Of a stretch of 64,000 bases of DNA, positions 19,384-32,282 are shown in pieces. The stretch comes from an uncultured candidatus Porisulfidus sp. GTDB lineage: Bacteria > Pseudomonadota > Gammaproteobacteria > Poriferisulfidales > Poriferisulfidaceae. A program made the position numbers and the translations under genes. Position 1 is the stretch's first letter. Every line of letters begins with the position of its first letter. The stretch covers positions 672,001-736,000 of the forward strand of contig OZ220480.1 of assembly GCA_965116025.1 (NCBI GenBank), written 5' to 3'. The notes below the pieces were generated by a model. That model saw only the letters and a program-made list of their open reading frames with translations, was not told where the DNA came from and ran no database searches.

Positions 19384-20873
19384 GGCGCCCCTCCCGCCTT
19401 GAAGGCGCGCGCCTGCTCGATCAGCCGTTCCACGGACGGCTCGATCATCTCCAGAAGCGGGGCCGGCCACAGCCCCAGGGCCAGCACCGGGAGGGCCAGC
19501 GCGGCCAGGATCAGCGCCTCGCGCCCGGACAGATCCCGGAACGCCCGCACCTCGGCATGCTCGGCCGGGCCGAACACCACCCGGCGCACCATCCACAGCG
19601 AGTAGGCGGCTCCCAGCAGCACCGCCGTCGCGGCCAGCGCGGCCAGCCACCATCCGGCCTGGAACGTGGCCAGCAGCACCATCACCTCGCCGACGAAGCC
19701 GGAGGTGCCGGGCAGGCCGGCGTTCGCCAGCGCGAAGAACACGAACAGCGCGCCGAACGCCGGCATCGTCTCGAGCGCGCCGCCGTACGCCGAGATCTCG
19801 CGGCTGTGGCGACGGTCGTACAGGACGCCCACGCAGACGAACAGCGCGGCCGACACGAGTCCGTGCGAGACCATCTGCGCGACCGCGCCGCTGACGCTGA
19901 GCAGGGCCGTCTCCGTGGCCAGGCGGTACAGGAGGAACAGGCCGAGGGTGACGAAGCCCATGTGCGCGATGGAGGAGTACGCGATCAGTTTTTTCATGTC
20001 GGTCTGCGCCAGCGCGGTGAACCCGATGTAGACCACAGCGACCAGGGACAGCCCGATGACCAGTCCGTCGAGCGCCATCGAGGCGTCCGGCGCGATGGGA
20101 AGGCAGAAGCGCAGCAGGCCGTAGCCGCCGATCTTCAGCAGCACCGCCGCCAGCACCACCGACCCCGCGGCCGGCGCCTCGACGTGGGCGTCCGGCAGCC
20201 AAGTATGCACCGGCCACATCGGGACCTTGACCGCGAACCCGAGCAGCAGGGCCAGAAACAGCCAGGTCTGCTCCGGCGCGGACAGCGCCAGCGCGTGCCA
20301 GTCCGCGATCCGGAAGCCTCCGGCCTGCAGGGCCAGATAGACGAACGCGACCAGCAGCAGCATCGAGCCCAGGAACGTGTACAGGAAGAACTTGACGGCC
20401 GCGTAGATCCGATTGTCGGAGCCCCAGACCCCGATGATCAGGAACATCGGGATCAGCGTGGCCTCGAAGAAGACGTAGAACAGCGCGGCGTCCATCGCGC
20501 AAAACACCCCGACCAGCAGGCCCTCCAGGATCAGGAACGCGGCGAAGAACCGCGACGCGCGCTTCGGCGCGACGTTCCAGCCGGTCAGGATGGCGATGAC
20601 GCCGATGAACGCGGTGAGCGCCGCCAGCGGCAACGACAGGCCGTCGACGCCCAGGCGGTACTCAATGCCGAGGGCCGGGATCCACGGGGCCTCGTATCGC
20701 CACTGATAGCCGCCCTCCGCGTCGAATCCGGCGACGGCCGCCAACGCCAGCGCGAGCGCGACCAGGCTGACCGCCAGCGCGCCACGGCGCGCCAGATCCG
20801 GGTTTCGCAGCGGCAGGATCGCGAGTCCCCCCGCGATCGGGACCCAGATCATCCAGTTGAGCGGGGACGCCAC
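19380..20873 (-). CDS. nuoM: NADH-quinone oxidoreductase subunit M
   Basis: FYVFFEATLIPM, KVPMWPVHTWLPDAHVEAP, KKLIAYSSIAHMG. Confidence 0.97.
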   Translation of the reverse strand: MASPLNWMIWVPIAGGLAILPLRNPDLARRGALAVSLVALALALAAVAGFDAEGGYQWRYEAPWIPALGIEYRLGVDGLSLPLAALTAFIGVIAILTGWNVAPKRASRFFAAFLILEGLLVGVFCAMDAALFYVFFEATLIPMFLIIGVWGSDNRIYAAVKFFLYTFLGSMLLLVAFVYLALQAGGFRIADWHALALSAPEQTWLFLALLLGFAVKVPMWPVHTWLPDAHVEAPAAGSVVLAAVLLKIGGYGLLRFCLPIAPDASMALDGLVIGLSLVAVVYIGFTALAQTDMKKLIAYSSIAHMGFVTLGLFLLYRLATETALLSVSGAVAQMVSHGLVSAALFVCVGVLYDRRHSREISAYGGALETMPAFGALFVFFALANAGLPGTSGFVGEVMVLLATFQAGWWLAALAATAVLLGAAYSLWMVRRVVFGPAEHAEVRAFRDLSGREALILAALALPVLALGLWPAPLLEMIEPSVERLIEQARAFKAGGAP

Positions 20874-20874
20874 G

Positions 20875-22806
20875 TCACCTCGTCAGCAGCAGGAAGCCGA
20901 GCGCGGCGACCAGGCCCAGCAGCATGGCGAGGGCGTAGTGGCTGAGCAGGCCGCTTTGCGCCAGGCGCAGCGTCGCCGCGGCGCGGCGCGTCAGCCGGGC
21001 CGCTCCGTTCACCAGAAAGCCGTCGATCGCGCGGCGGTCGCCGACGCGGGCGCAGAACCCCGCCACCGCGCTGGCCGCCCGGACGATCCAGCGCTCGTAG
21101 ATCACGTCGAACCCGAGCTTCCGCTCCAGCGCCAAGCGCGCCGGCGCGAGGACCGCCGGCAACCGGACGCCTCGCTCGCCGAACAGCAGGAAGCCGGCGA
21201 GCAGGCCCAGCCCGAGCAGCCAGATCGCTGGCGTGGCGAGGCCGTGCAGCAGCATGCCCCCGACGCCGCTCCAGCTCTCGGCCATGCGCGCCAGCGCGTC
21301 ATGCGCGGGATGGACGGTCAGGGCGTCGTCGAGCAGTCCACCGTAGAGGAACGCCTCGACCCCGAAGCCCGCCACCAGGGTCAGCGCGGCGAGCGCGACG
21401 AGCGGGACGGTCACGGTCTTGTCCGGCTCGCGCGCCTGGCGCGCCGCGGTGGAGCGCGGCGCGCCCTGGAACGCGCGGCGCCAGAGGCGGACCGAGTACA
21501 GCGCCGTCACCGCGACCCCGGCGACCGCCAGGGCGTGCGCGACCGGCGCCATCGGCAGGTCCGAGCGCGCCAGCGCCTTGATGATGGATTCCTTGGAGAA
21601 GAACCCGGCGAAGCCCGGCATGCCGACCAGCGCCAGCGAGCCGATGGCGAAGGTCGCGGCGGTCACCGGCATGCGCCGCGCGAGGCCGCCCATCCGCCGG
21701 ATGTCCTGCTCGTGGCCCATCGCCAGGATCACGGACCCCGCCGCCAGGAACAGCAAGGCCTTGAAGAAGGCGTGCGTGAACAGGTGGAAGACGCTGGCGG
21801 CGTAGGCCGACGCGCCGAGCGCCATGGTCATGTAGCCGAGCTGGGAGAGGGTCGAGTAGGCGATGATCCGCTTGATGTCGTGGACCACCAGCCCGATCAG
21901 CCCCATCGAGAAGGCGGTGACGGCGCCTACCAGCAGGATCAGGTTGAGCGCGATCTCGCTGCCCTCGAACAGCGGGGACAGGCGCGCCACCATGAAGATC
22001 CCGGCGGTCACCATGGTGGCGGCGTGGATCATCGCCGAGATCGGCGTCGGGCCCTCCATGGAGTCGGGCAGCCAGACGTGCAGCGGGACCTGCGCCGACT
22101 TGCCCATGGCGCCGAGGAACAGGAACAGGCAGATCAGGCTCAGCATGCTCAGCCCGGGCAGCGGGGACGGCTGCCGCGCCAGCGCCTCGCCATGGGCGAA
22201 CGCGGTCGCGTAGTCCAGGCTGCCGACGGCGGCCAGAATCGCCCCCATCCCGAGCAGGAAGCCGACGTCGCCCAGGCGGTTGACCAAAAACGCCTTCAGC
22301 CCCGCGCTCGGCGCCCGCGGACGGACGTGCCAGAACCCGATCAGCAAGTAGGAGACCAGACCGACTCCCTCCCAGCCGATGAACAGCAGCAGGAAGTTGT
22401 CGGCCAGGACCAGCAGCAGCATGGCCAGGGTGAACAGCGACAGGTAGGCGAAGAACCGGACGTATCCGGGGTCTCCGCGCATATAGCCGACGCTGTAGAC
22501 GTGCACCAGCAGCGAGACGAGCGTGACCACGACCATCATCAGCGCGCTCAGGGAGTCGATCAGGAAGCCGACCCGCATCCCGAGGCCTTCCGGTCCCCAG
22601 CGGTACAGGGTCACGGACCGCGGGCCCGGGTCCTGGACGTAGGCCAGCGCCAGGACCGCGCTGGCCACGAACGCGATCCCCACGCCGACCAGGGCGATCG
22701 TCGTGGCGGCTCTCGGCCCCAGCGCGCGGACGCCCAGGCCGGTGAGGATCGCGCCGGCGGCGACCGCGGCGACCGCGAGCTGGGCGAGCGCCGGGAGGTC
22801 CATCAC
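20875..22806 (-). CDS. nuoL: NADH-quinone oxidoreductase subunit L
   Basis: GWEGVGLVSYLLIGFW, KSAQVPLHVWLPDSMEGPTP, HAFFKALLFL. Confidence 0.97.
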   Translation of the reverse strand: MMDLPALAQLAVAAVAAGAILTGLGVRALGPRAATTIALVGVGIAFVASAVLALAYVQDPGPRSVTLYRWGPEGLGMRVGFLIDSLSALMMVVVTLVSLLVHVYSVGYMRGDPGYVRFFAYLSLFTLAMLLLVLADNFLLLFIGWEGVGLVSYLLIGFWHVRPRAPSAGLKAFLVNRLGDVGFLLGMGAILAAVGSLDYATAFAHGEALARQPSPLPGLSMLSLICLFLFLGAMGKSAQVPLHVWLPDSMEGPTPISAMIHAATMVTAGIFMVARLSPLFEGSEIALNLILLVGAVTAFSMGLIGLVVHDIKRIIAYSTLSQLGYMTMALGASAYAASVFHLFTHAFFKALLFLAAGSVILAMGHEQDIRRMGGLARRMPVTAATFAIGSLALVGMPGFAGFFSKESIIKALARSDLPMAPVAHALAVAGVAVTALYSVRLWRRAFQGAPRSTAARQAREPDKTVTVPLVALAALTLVAGFGVEAFLYGGLLDDALTVHPAHDALARMAESWSGVGGMLLHGLATPAIWLLGLGLLAGFLLFGERGVRLPAVLAPARLALERKLGFDVIYERWIVRAASAVAGFCARVGDRRAIDGFLVNGAARLTRRAAATLRLAQSGLLSHYALAMLLGLVAALGFLLLTR

Positions 22807-23108
22807 CCGCGCGCCTCGCGGAGCTCCTCGGTATCGATCGTCCCGCGGGCGCGGAACACCACCACCACGATGGCCAGGCCGATCGCGATCTCGGCGGCGG
22901 CGATCGTCAGGACGAACAGCGCGAACGCCTGCCCCGCGAGGTCCTGGAGGAAGTGGGCGGCCGCGATCAGGTTGGTGTTGACCGCGAGCAGGATCAGCTC
23001 CAGCGCCATCAGCGGCGCCAGCGCGTGCCGGCGGTTGACGAACACGCCGGCGACGCCGATGGAGAACAGCGCGCCCGACAGCAGCAGAAAATGGGTCAGA
23101 CTCAGCAT
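22803..23108 (-). CDS. nuoK: NADH-quinone oxidoreductase subunit K
   Basis: LFSIGVAG, LELILLAVN, GQAFALF, AAAEIAIGLAI. Confidence 0.95.
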   Translation of the reverse strand: MLSLTHFLLLSGALFSIGVAGVFVNRRHALAPLMALELILLAVNTNLIAAAHFLQDLAGQAFALFVLTIAAAEIAIGLAIVVVVFRARGTIDTEELREARG

Positions 23109-23698
23109 GGCGGGTCGGTCCGGCCGTCGGTCAGCCGCAGCCGGTCGCGCTTGCGCGCGCGGCTCTGGCGGGCCGGATCCTGGCGGCGATGGTCCGGGCG
23201 GGCGCGCAGCGTCAGCGCGATCGCGCCGACGATGGCGACCAGCAGCGCGACCGCCGCGGCCTCGAGGGCCAGGGCGTAGTCGGTGTACAGCACGGACCCC
23301 AGCGCGCGCGTGTTGCTGTAGTCGAGCGGCGCCGGCGCCGGCGCGGCGGCCGGACCCGCGTCCGCCGCCACCAGGACGGCGCCGATCTCGGCGGCCATCA
23401 CCGCCGCCACCGCCAGCGCGGCGGCGCGGTAGCCGCGGCGGGGCCGGCGCGCCGGCGCGTGGCGCTCGATCATCATCACCACGAACAGGAACAGCACCAG
23501 CACCGCGCCGACGTAGACCAGCACCAGAAGAATCGACAGGAACTCCGCCTCCAGCAGCATCCAGAGCATGGCCGCGGTGAAGAACGACAGAATCAGGCAC
23601 AGCGCCGCGCGGACCATGTTGCCGAGCGTGACGGCGGCCGTCGCGAACGCCAGGAGCGCCGCGCCGAGCGCGTGGAACAGCAGGGTCTGGAAGGCCAT
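23102..23698 (-). CDS. nuoJ: NADH-quinone oxidoreductase subunit J
   Basis: AEFL..LLVLVYVGAVLVLFLFVVMM. Confidence 0.95.
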   Translation of the reverse strand: MAFQTLLFHALGAALLAFATAAVTLGNMVRAALCLILSFFTAAMLWMLLEAEFLSILLVLVYVGAVLVLFLFVVMMIERHAPARRPRRGYRAAALAVAAVMAAEIGAVLVAADAGPAAAPAPAPLDYSNTRALGSVLYTDYALALEAAAVALLVAIVGAIALTLRARPDHRRQDPARQSRARKRDRLRLTDGRTDPPC

Positions 23699-24192
23699 CA
23701 GCGAAACCGCGCGTCGGCCCCGCGCAGCTCGGCGATCCGCTCCTCCTCGCGGTCGCCGATCGCCAGCAGATCCCGCTTGGTCATGATCTGGTCGCCGGCG
23801 CGCTCGAAATGGAACTCCAGGACGTCGGTCTCGACGATGGCGTCGGTCGGGCAGGCCTCCTCGCAGAAGCCGCAGTACACGCACTTGAAGAGGTCGATGT
23901 CGTAGCGGGTGGTCCGCCGGCTGCCGTCGGCGCGCTCCTCGCTCTCGATGGTGATGGCCAGCGCCGGGCACGCCGCCTCGCACAGCTTGCAGCCGATGCA
24001 TCGCTCCTCGCCGTTGGGGTAGCGGCGCAGCGCGTGCAGGCCGCGGAAGCGCGGCGACTTCGGCGTCTTCTCCTCCGGATAGCGCAACGTGATCTTGCGC
24101 GAGAACAGGCGCCGCAGGGTCAGCCGCAGGCCGCGCCGCAGGTCCCACAGAGTCAGGACGCGCAGAAGGCGTCGCGGGTCGCTCAGGCGCAC
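23698..24192 (-). CDS. nuoI: NADH-quinone oxidoreductase subunit I
   Basis: Two 4Fe-4S motifs [12 protein letters not shown] and [12 protein letters not shown]. Confidence 0.97.
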   Translation of the reverse strand: MRLSDPRRLLRVLTLWDLRRGLRLTLRRLFSRKITLRYPEEKTPKSPRFRGLHALRRYPNGEERCIGCKLCEAACPALAITIESEERADGSRRTTRYDIDLFKCVYCGFCEEACPTDAIVETDVLEFHFERAGDQIMTKRDLLAIGDREEERIAELRGADARFR

Positions 24193-24196
24193 GGCG

Positions 24197-25231
24197 TCAC
24201 CCCATGAGCCCCGCGTGGCGCGCGACGCCCAGCGCGAAAATCCAGACCAGCGTCACCGGAATGAACACCTTCCAGCCCAGGCGCATGATCTGGTCGTAGC
24301 GGTAGCGCGGGAACGTCGCCCGGAACCACAGGAAGCAGAACATGAAGAACAGGGTCTTGAGCAGCCACCACTGGACGCCGGAGTCCAGCGCCGGGACCCG
24401 CCGCGCCAGCTCCGTCCCCTCGAACGGGGAGAGCCAGCCGCCGAAAAACAGGATCGCGGTCAGCGCCGAGACCAGGATCATGGCGGAGTACTCCGCCAGG
24501 AAGAACGCCGCGAAGGTCGAGCCGGAGTATTCCACGTGGAACCCCGCCACCAGTTCCGACTCCCCCTCGACCACGTCGAACGGCAGGCGGTTGGTCTCGG
24601 CCACGCCGGAGACCAGATACACCAGGAGCAGCGGCAGCAAGGGCAGGAAGAACCAGTCGAGGACGCCGCCGGACTGCGCCCGCACGATGTCCGCGAGGTT
24701 GAGGCTTCCGCTGAGCATCAGCGCTCCGACCAGCGCGAAGCCCATCGCGATCTCGTAGGACACGACCTGCGCCGCCTGGCGCATCGCCCCGAGCAAGGCG
24801 TACTTGGAGTTGGAGGCCCAGCCGGCGACGATGATCCCGTACGCGCCGAGCGAGGTCACCGCCAGAACGTACAGCAGACCGGCGTCGACGTCGGCCAGCC
24901 ACAGGCCCTCGTCGAACGGGATCACCGCCCACGCGGCGAGCGCCGGGGTCAGCGCCGCCAGCGGGGCCAGCCAGAACAGCGCTCCGCTGGCCTGGCCCGG
25001 GCGGACGACCTCCTTGGTCAGAAGCTTCAGGATGTCGGCGACCGGCTGCAGCAGCCCGCGCGGCCCGACCCGGGTCGGGCCCAGCCGCATCTGCATGAAC
25101 CCGACCACCTTGCGCTCAGCGTACGTGTAGTACGCCACCGCCGCCAGCAACGGTCCCAAAATCAGCGCCGAGCCCAGCAGGATCTCCCCGACCCGCAGCC
25201 ACGTCGCGCCGTCGGTCATCCACTCAGGCAT
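24197..25231 (-). CDS. nuoH: NADH-quinone oxidoreductase subunit H
   Basis: [36 protein letters not shown]. Confidence 0.97.
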   Translation of the reverse strand: MPEWMTDGATWLRVGEILLGSALILGPLLAAVAYYTYAERKVVGFMQMRLGPTRVGPRGLLQPVADILKLLTKEVVRPGQASGALFWLAPLAALTPALAAWAVIPFDEGLWLADVDAGLLYVLAVTSLGAYGIIVAGWASNSKYALLGAMRQAAQVVSYEIAMGFALVGALMLSGSLNLADIVRAQSGGVLDWFFLPLLPLLLVYLVSGVAETNRLPFDVVEGESELVAGFHVEYSGSTFAAFFLAEYSAMILVSALTAILFFGGWLSPFEGTELARRVPALDSGVQWWLLKTLFFMFCFLWFRATFPRYRYDQIMRLGWKVFIPVTLVWIFALGVARHAGLMG

Positions 25232-27520
25232 CGCGCAGCTCCACCACCCCGAACGCGTCGCCCAGCCCGGCCAGCCGCGCGTCCCCGGTCGGCAGGTAGA
25301 CGCAGTCCGGCGCCACCCCCGGGTCCACCGTCACGGGCAGCCGTACCGTCGCGCCGTCCTGCGCGAGGACGGCGCGCGCGGCGTCGCCCAGGCCCAGCTC
25401 GTCCCGAGTCTCCGGGCGCAGGCGCAGCGCCAGCTCGCGCGCCAGCTCGGTCTGCTGCAGGGCGTGGGCGCGCCGGGTCGCCGGGTCCTGCTGATAGATC
25501 GACGGGGAACCCACCCGCAGAAGGCCCCGCTCCGGGATTCGCGGCGCGCTTTCCGGCGGCTCTTCCACGGCGAGGGCCCGGGCTTCCAGGCCGCGGCAAT
25601 GCGCGATCAGGGCGGCCCCCGCCAGACCCGGGGCGCGCCCGGTCGCGCGCGACAGCGCCGCCAGCGTCTCCGCCCCGTCGCGCGCCTCGTCCGGCGGCGG
25701 CGTGGCGGGCGCCATCGACTGCCAGCGCCCTTCCAGGTTGATCAGGTGGCCGCCGCGCTCCCCGACGGTGGGGATCGGCAGCAGCAGGTCGCATGGCGGG
25801 CTTTCGGAATCTGGCAGGAAGGCCTGAAACGCGATGGTGGTCCGCGCCGCGGCGAGCGCCCGGCGCAGCCGCGCCGGGTCGGCGACGTCGCACGCGGCGT
25901 CCAGGCCATAGAGCGCCCAGAGATCGGGGGGCTCGCGCAACCGCCGCGACAGGTCGACGCCATCCACGGCCGCGCCGCCAGGGCCGCGGTGCGCGACGCA
26001 ACCGGTCAGCCAGGCGCCCGGGGCGTTGGCCCCCTCCGGCAGGACGCCCAGCCGCGCCCCGGTCCGCGCGCCCAGCGCCCGCGCGGCGGCGAACAGCAGG
26101 CTCGCGTCTGGATGATTGAGCGCCAGCGGCCCCAGCCAGATCAGGGCGCGCTCCGCCTCCTCCAGGCGCCGCGCGAGCGCGTCCGCGAAATCCGCGGCGC
26201 CCTCCTCTCCCCGCGGCGTGGACGGATCCGCGGCGGCGCGCAGCAGCGGCAGCCACTGGCGAGGCGACAGCGTCGCCTCCCGGGCCGGCGCGAACGTTCC
26301 GTCGAACGCGACGGGGTTGACGATCCAGACCTCGGCGCCGGCGCGCGCGGCCTGGCGCAGCCGATGGTTGAGGATCGGCTGGTCGTGCCGCAGGTGGGCG
26401 CCGAGCAGAACGATCACGTCGCGCTCGGCCAAGCGGCTCGCCGCGCAGCCGAGCGACGGCGCGAGCGGGTATTGCCCGCCGCCGCGGAAGTCGGACGCGC
26501 GCAGACGATGCTCCACCGTGCGGGCGCCGCATCCGCGCAGCAACTGCTGGAACCGGAAGCATTCCTCCACCGTGCTGGAGGGATGGATCAGGCCCGCGAT
26601 CTCGCCGGCTTCCGCCAGCGCCTCCGCCGCCCGCTCCAGGGCCTCCTCCCAGTCCACCCGGACCCAGCGGCCGCGGTGGCGCGCCAGCGGCCAGCGCAGG
26701 CGGTCCGGGTGGGCGGCCGCCTGATAGCTGAACCGATCGCGGTCCGACAGCCAGACCTCGTTGAGAGTCTCCTCCGCGCGCGGGACGCAGCGGATCTGCC
26801 GCCCGCGCAGAATGTGCCGGGACAGATGGGAGCCGACGCCGTCGTGCTCGCCCAGGCCAGGACGAGCGTCCATATCCCAAGCGCGGGCGCGCATCCGGGA
26901 GGGACGGGCGTTCAGGGCCCCCACCGGGCACAGATCGATCACGCATCCGGAGAGCTCGGACCTCAGGGCGCGCTGGACGTAGGAGCCGATCTTCAGGAAC
27001 TCGCCGCGCCCGAACGCGCCGAGCTCCTGCTCTCCGGCGATCTCCTCGGTGAAACGCACGCAGCGGGTGCAGTGGATGCAGCGGGTCATGTCGGTCGACA
27101 CCAGCGGCCCCAGATCGGGGTCCGGCACCGCGCGCCGCGCCTCGGAGTAGCGGGAGACGCCACGGCCGTATTCCAGCGCCAGGTCCTGAAGCTCGCACTC
27201 CCCGCCCTGATCGCAGACCGGGCAGTCCAGCGGGTGGTTGATGAGCAGGAACTCCATGGTGGCGCGCTGCGCCTCGCGGGCGAGAGAGGAGCGGGTCCGC
27301 GCCACCATGCCGTCCGTCACCGGGGTCGCGCAGGCCGGGACCGGCCCGCGCGCGCCCTCCACCTCGACCAGGCACATGCGGCAGTTGGCCGCCACCGAGA
27401 GCTTCGGGTGGTAGCAGAAGCGCGGGATCGGGACGCCCTCCCGGTCCGCCACCGCGATCAGCGGCTCGCCAGCGGTCGCCGCGACCGCGCGGCCGTCCAG
27501 GGTGAGCGAGACCGGGCCGC

Positions 27521-27524
<4 letters not shown>
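25224..27524 (-). CDS. nuoG: NADH-quinone oxidoreductase subunit G
   Basis: [50 protein letters not shown]. Confidence 0.96.
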
Positions 27525-28782
<1,258 letters not shown>

Positions 28783-28786
<4 letters not shown>

Positions 28787-29268
28787 GGCAACGCCTCCAG
28801 AATCTCGTCGACCCGCTCCGGGGTCAGATTCTCGTGGTAGACGTGATCGACCTGCATCATCGGGGCCCCGCAGCACCCCGCCAGGCACTCCTCCTCGCGC
28901 TTCAGGAAAATCCGGCCGTCCGGCGTCGACTCCCCGACCCGGATGCGCAGGCTCTTCTCGACGTGGGCCAGGATGTCCTCGCCGCCGCGCAGCAGGCAGG
29001 AGACGTTGGTGCACACCGCCACCGTGTGGCGCCCGGCCGAATGGTGGCGGAAGCCGGTGTAGAACGAGCCCACCTCATGCACCTGGATGGCCGGAACCCC
29101 CAGGTGCTCGGCCACGGCGTCCATGCGCTCGGGGGTCAGGTGCCCGTGCTCCTTCTGCGTCTCGCGCAAGGCGCCGAGCACGGCCGAGCGCCGGCGCCCG
29201 GCCGGGAAGCGCGCCAACCAGGAGTCGATGCGCGCGCGCAAGGCGGGAGTCAGGATCTCGTCGCTCAT
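28783..29268 (-). CDS. nuoE: NADH-quinone oxidoreductase subunit E
   Basis: [23 protein letters not shown]. Confidence 0.95.
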
Positions 29269-30518
29269 CGGTCGATCTCGCCGAACACCAGGTCCAGGGT
29301 CCCGATCAGGGCGACCACGTCCGCGAGCATGTGCCCGCGCGCCAGCTCGTCCAGCGCCGCGAGGTGCGGGAAGCCCGGGGCGCGGATCTTCAACCGGTAC
29401 GGCTTGTTCGATCCGTCCGAGACCAGGTACGCGCCGAACTCGCCCTTGGGGTGCTCGACCGCCGCGTAGATCTCGCCCTCCGGCAGGCAGAACCCCTCCG
29501 TGAACAGCTTGAAGTGATGGATCATCGCCTCCATGTCGTGCTTCATCTCCTCGCGCGGCGGCGGCGCGACCTTGCGGTCGTCGACCATCACCGGCCCCGG
29601 ATTCTCGCGCAGCCACTCCACGCACTGGCGGACGATCCGGTTCGACTGGCGCATCTCCTCGACGCGGACCAGATAGCGGTCGTAGCAGTCGCCGTTGGTC
29701 CCGACCGGCACGTCGAAGCGCATCTCGTCGTAGACCGCGTACGGCTGCCGGCGGCGCAGATCCCAAGAGACGCCGGAGCCGCGCAGCATGGGCCCGGTGA
29801 AGCCCAGCTGCAGCGCCCGCTCGGGGCTGACCACCCCGATGTCCACCGTGCGCTGCTTCCAGATCCGGTTGTCGGTGAGCAGGGTCTCGTACTCGTCGAC
29901 GCGGCCGGGGAAGCGCTCGGTGAAAGCCTCCACGAAATCCAGCAGGCCGCCCTCGCGGTCGCGGTTGAGGCGGCGCGTCGCGCGCCGCGACCGAAAGCGC
30001 GACGGCCGGTGGCGCGGCATCGAGTCCGGCAGGTCGCGGTACACGCCGCCCGGACGGTAGTAGGTCGCGTGCATGCGCGCCCCGGTGGCCGCCTCGTAGC
30101 AGTCCATCAGGTCCTCCCGCTCCCGGAACGCGTACAGGAACACGGTCATGGCGCCGATGTCGAGGGCGTGCGCGCCCAGCCACAGCAGATGGTTGAGGAT
30201 CCGCGTGATCTCGTCGAACATCACCCGAATGCGCTGCGCGCGCGGCGGCGGCTCGATCCCGAGCAACCCCTCGATCGCCCGGACGTACGCGTGCTCGTTG
30301 CACATCATGGACACGTAGTCCAGCCGGTCCATGTAGCCGACGCTCTGGTTGTACGGCTTGCTCTCGGCCAGCTTCTCGGTGCCCCGGTGCAGCAGGCCGA
30401 TGTGCGGGTCGACGCGCCGCACGACCTCGCCGTCAAGCTCCAGAACCAGCCGCAGCACGCCGTGGGACGCGGGATGCTGCGGCCCGAAGTTCATGGTGTA
30501 GTTGCGGATCTCAGCCAC
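29265..30518 (-). CDS. nuoD: NADH-quinone oxidoreductase subunit D
   Basis: [32 protein letters not shown]. Confidence 0.97.
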   Translation of the reverse strand: MAEIRNYTMNFGPQHPASHGVLRLVLELDGEVVRRVDPHIGLLHRGTEKLAESKPYNQSVGYMDRLDYVSMMCNEHAYVRAIEGLLGIEPPPRAQRIRVMFDEITRILNHLLWLGAHALDIGAMTVFLYAFREREDLMDCYEAATGARMHATYYRPGGVYRDLPDSMPRHRPSRFRSRRATRRLNRDREGGLLDFVEAFTERFPGRVDEYETLLTDNRIWKQRTVDIGVVSPERALQLGFTGPMLRGSGVSWDLRRRQPYAVYDEMRFDVPVGTNGDCYDRYLVRVEEMRQSNRIVRQCVEWLRENPGPVMVDDRKVAPPPREEMKHDMEAMIHHFKLFTEGFCLPEGEIYAAVEHPKGEFGAYLVSDGSNKPYRLKIRAPGFPHLAALDELARGHMLADVVALIGTLDLVFGEIDR

Positions 30519-31191
30519 GCCCCGCTCCGCGCCGGACCTTCGGCACGCCAACCCGCGGCTCGATGGTCACCGGCTGGTAGACGACCCGCCGAAGCTCCGG
30601 GTCGTAGCGCGCCTCCATGTGGCCGCTGAGCGGGAAGTCCTTGCGCAACGGGTGGCCGACGAAGCCGTAATCGGTCAGGATGCGGCGCAGGTCCGGATGG
30701 CCCTCGAACACGATGCCGAACAGGTCGAAGGCCTCGCGCTCGTACCAGTCCGCGCAGACCCAGAGCCCCCGCGCCGACGGCAACGTCGGCCAGTTCCCGT
30801 CCGCGCAGCGGGCCACGACCCGGACGCGCCGGTTGCGGGACAGCGACAGCAGCTGGTAGGCGACCGCGAAGCGGCCGTCCGCTCGGGCCGGGGGATGGGG
30901 ATTCCGGAACGAGTAGCGCGCCGAGGTGGCGGCCTCGACGGCGCGCGAGAAGCCAACCTCGGTGGACTCGCCGGTCCGCCACTCGTCGGCGCCGAGCTCG
31001 GCGCGGTCCAGCCCCGCCAGATCGATCAGCTGCTCGAACCGGAGCTCCGGGTCGTCGCGGAGATGGCGCAGGACCTTGATCAGGCGCCCGGCCTCGACGG
31101 CCACGCGCGGGCCGTCCCGGTCCTCGCGGACCTCCGCCCGGTCGCCCAGCCCGTCCGAAAGCGCGGAAACCCAGGAATCGGGCGCGGCCAT
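30511..31191 (-). CDS. nuoC: NADH-quinone oxidoreductase subunit C
   Basis: [38 protein letters not shown]. Confidence 0.96.
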   Translation of the reverse strand: MAAPDSWVSALSDGLGDRAEVREDRDGPRVAVEAGRLIKVLRHLRDDPELRFEQLIDLAGLDRAELGADEWRTGESTEVGFSRAVEAATSARYSFRNPHPPARADGRFAVAYQLLSLSRNRRVRVVARCADGNWPTLPSARGLWVCADWYEREAFDLFGIVFEGHPDLRRILTDYGFVGHPLRKDFPLSGHMEARYDPELRRVVYQPVTIEPRVGVPKVRRGAGRG

Positions 31192-31683
31192 TCAGCGAGA
31201 CAGCGCGCGGCCGCGGCGGATCTTGTTCTGCAACTGCATGACCCCGTACAGCAGCGCCTCCGCCGTCGGCGGGCAACCCGGCACGTAGATGTCGACCGGC
31301 ACGATCCGGTCGCAGCCGCGCACCACGGAATACGAATAATGGTAATAGCCCCCGCCGTTGGCGCAGGAGCCCATCGAGATCACCCACTTCGGGTCCGGCA
31401 TCTGGTCGTACACGCGGCGCAAGGCCGGGGCCATCTTGTTGACCAGGGTGCCCGCCACGATCATCACGTCCGACTGCCGCGGGCTCGGGCGGAACAGCGT
31501 CCCGAAGCGGTCCAGGTCGTAGCGCGAGGCGCCGGCGTGCATCATCTCCACCGCGCAGCAGGCGAGCCCGAAGGTCATGGGCCACAGCGAGCCGGCCCGC
31601 GCCCAACCGACCAGCCGGTCGGCGCTGGTCACCAGGAAGCCGCGCCGAAGCCGCTCCGCCTCCCGCGGGCGAAGCTCGTCCAT
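31192..31683 (-). CDS. nuoB: NADH-quinone oxidoreductase subunit B
   Basis: [28 protein letters not shown]. Confidence 0.97.
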   Translation of the reverse strand: MDELRPREAERLRRGFLVTSADRLVGWARAGSLWPMTFGLACCAVEMMHAGASRYDLDRFGTLFRPSPRQSDVMIVAGTLVNKMAPALRRVYDQMPDPKWVISMGSCANGGGYYHYSYSVVRGCDRIVPVDIYVPGCPPTAEALLYGVMQLQNKIRRGRALSR

Positions 31684-32039
31684 CAGTCCCATTCCAAAGC
31701 CCCCCGCCGCCACTCGAACGCGAAGCCGACCGCCAGGATCAGCAGGAACGCCGCCATCGAGACCAATCCGTACGTCCCGATCTCGTCGAGCGCCACCGCC
31801 CACGGAAACAGGAAGGCCACCTCCAGATCGAACAGCACGAACAGGATCACCACGAGGTAGTAGCGCACGTCGAAGCGCATGCGCGCGTCCTCGAACTCGT
31901 CGAAGCCGCACTCGTACGGCCGGGCCTTGTCCGGGTTCGGGTTCCGCCGCGAGATCAGGCGCCCCAGCAGCAGCACGGCGCACCCGACTCCCGCGCCCGC
32001 CAAAAGGAACAGAAGCACGGCCAGATACTCGTCAAGCAT
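31683..32039 (-). CDS. nuoA: NADH-quinone oxidoreductase subunit A
   Basis: [31 protein letters not shown]. Confidence 0.97.
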   Translation of the reverse strand: MLDEYLAVLLFLLAGAGVGCAVLLLGRLISRRNPNPDKARPYECGFDEFEDARMRFDVRYYLVVILFVLFDLEVAFLFPWAVALDEIGTYGLVSMAAFLLILAVGFAFEWRRGALEWD

Positions 32040-32140
32040 GGTGGATCCTCCCGCAATTCCACGTCGCGCGGAGACGCTCGGGACGCGGCACGGTTCGAGC
32101 GGCGGTCGCGCCGCTCGGAATTATAGCCCCCCGCCGGGGA

Positions 32141-32217
32141 TGGTAGGCGCGATTGGAATCGAACCAACGACCTCTACCATGTCACGGTAGCGCTCTGACC
32201 AACTGAGCTACGCGCCT
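32141..32217 (-). tRNA. tRNA-Val(GAC)
   Basis: Minus strand aggcgcg-tagctcagttggtcagagc-g-ctacc-gtGACat-ggtag-aggtc-gttggTTCGAttccaat-cgcgcct-aCCA cloverleaf, 77 nt. Confidence 0.97.
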
Positions 32218-32282
32218 GCGGACGCCCGTCCCGCCCGCCAATCCTACCACGTCGCGCGCGGAAGCCCGCGTTCGAGAGGAGG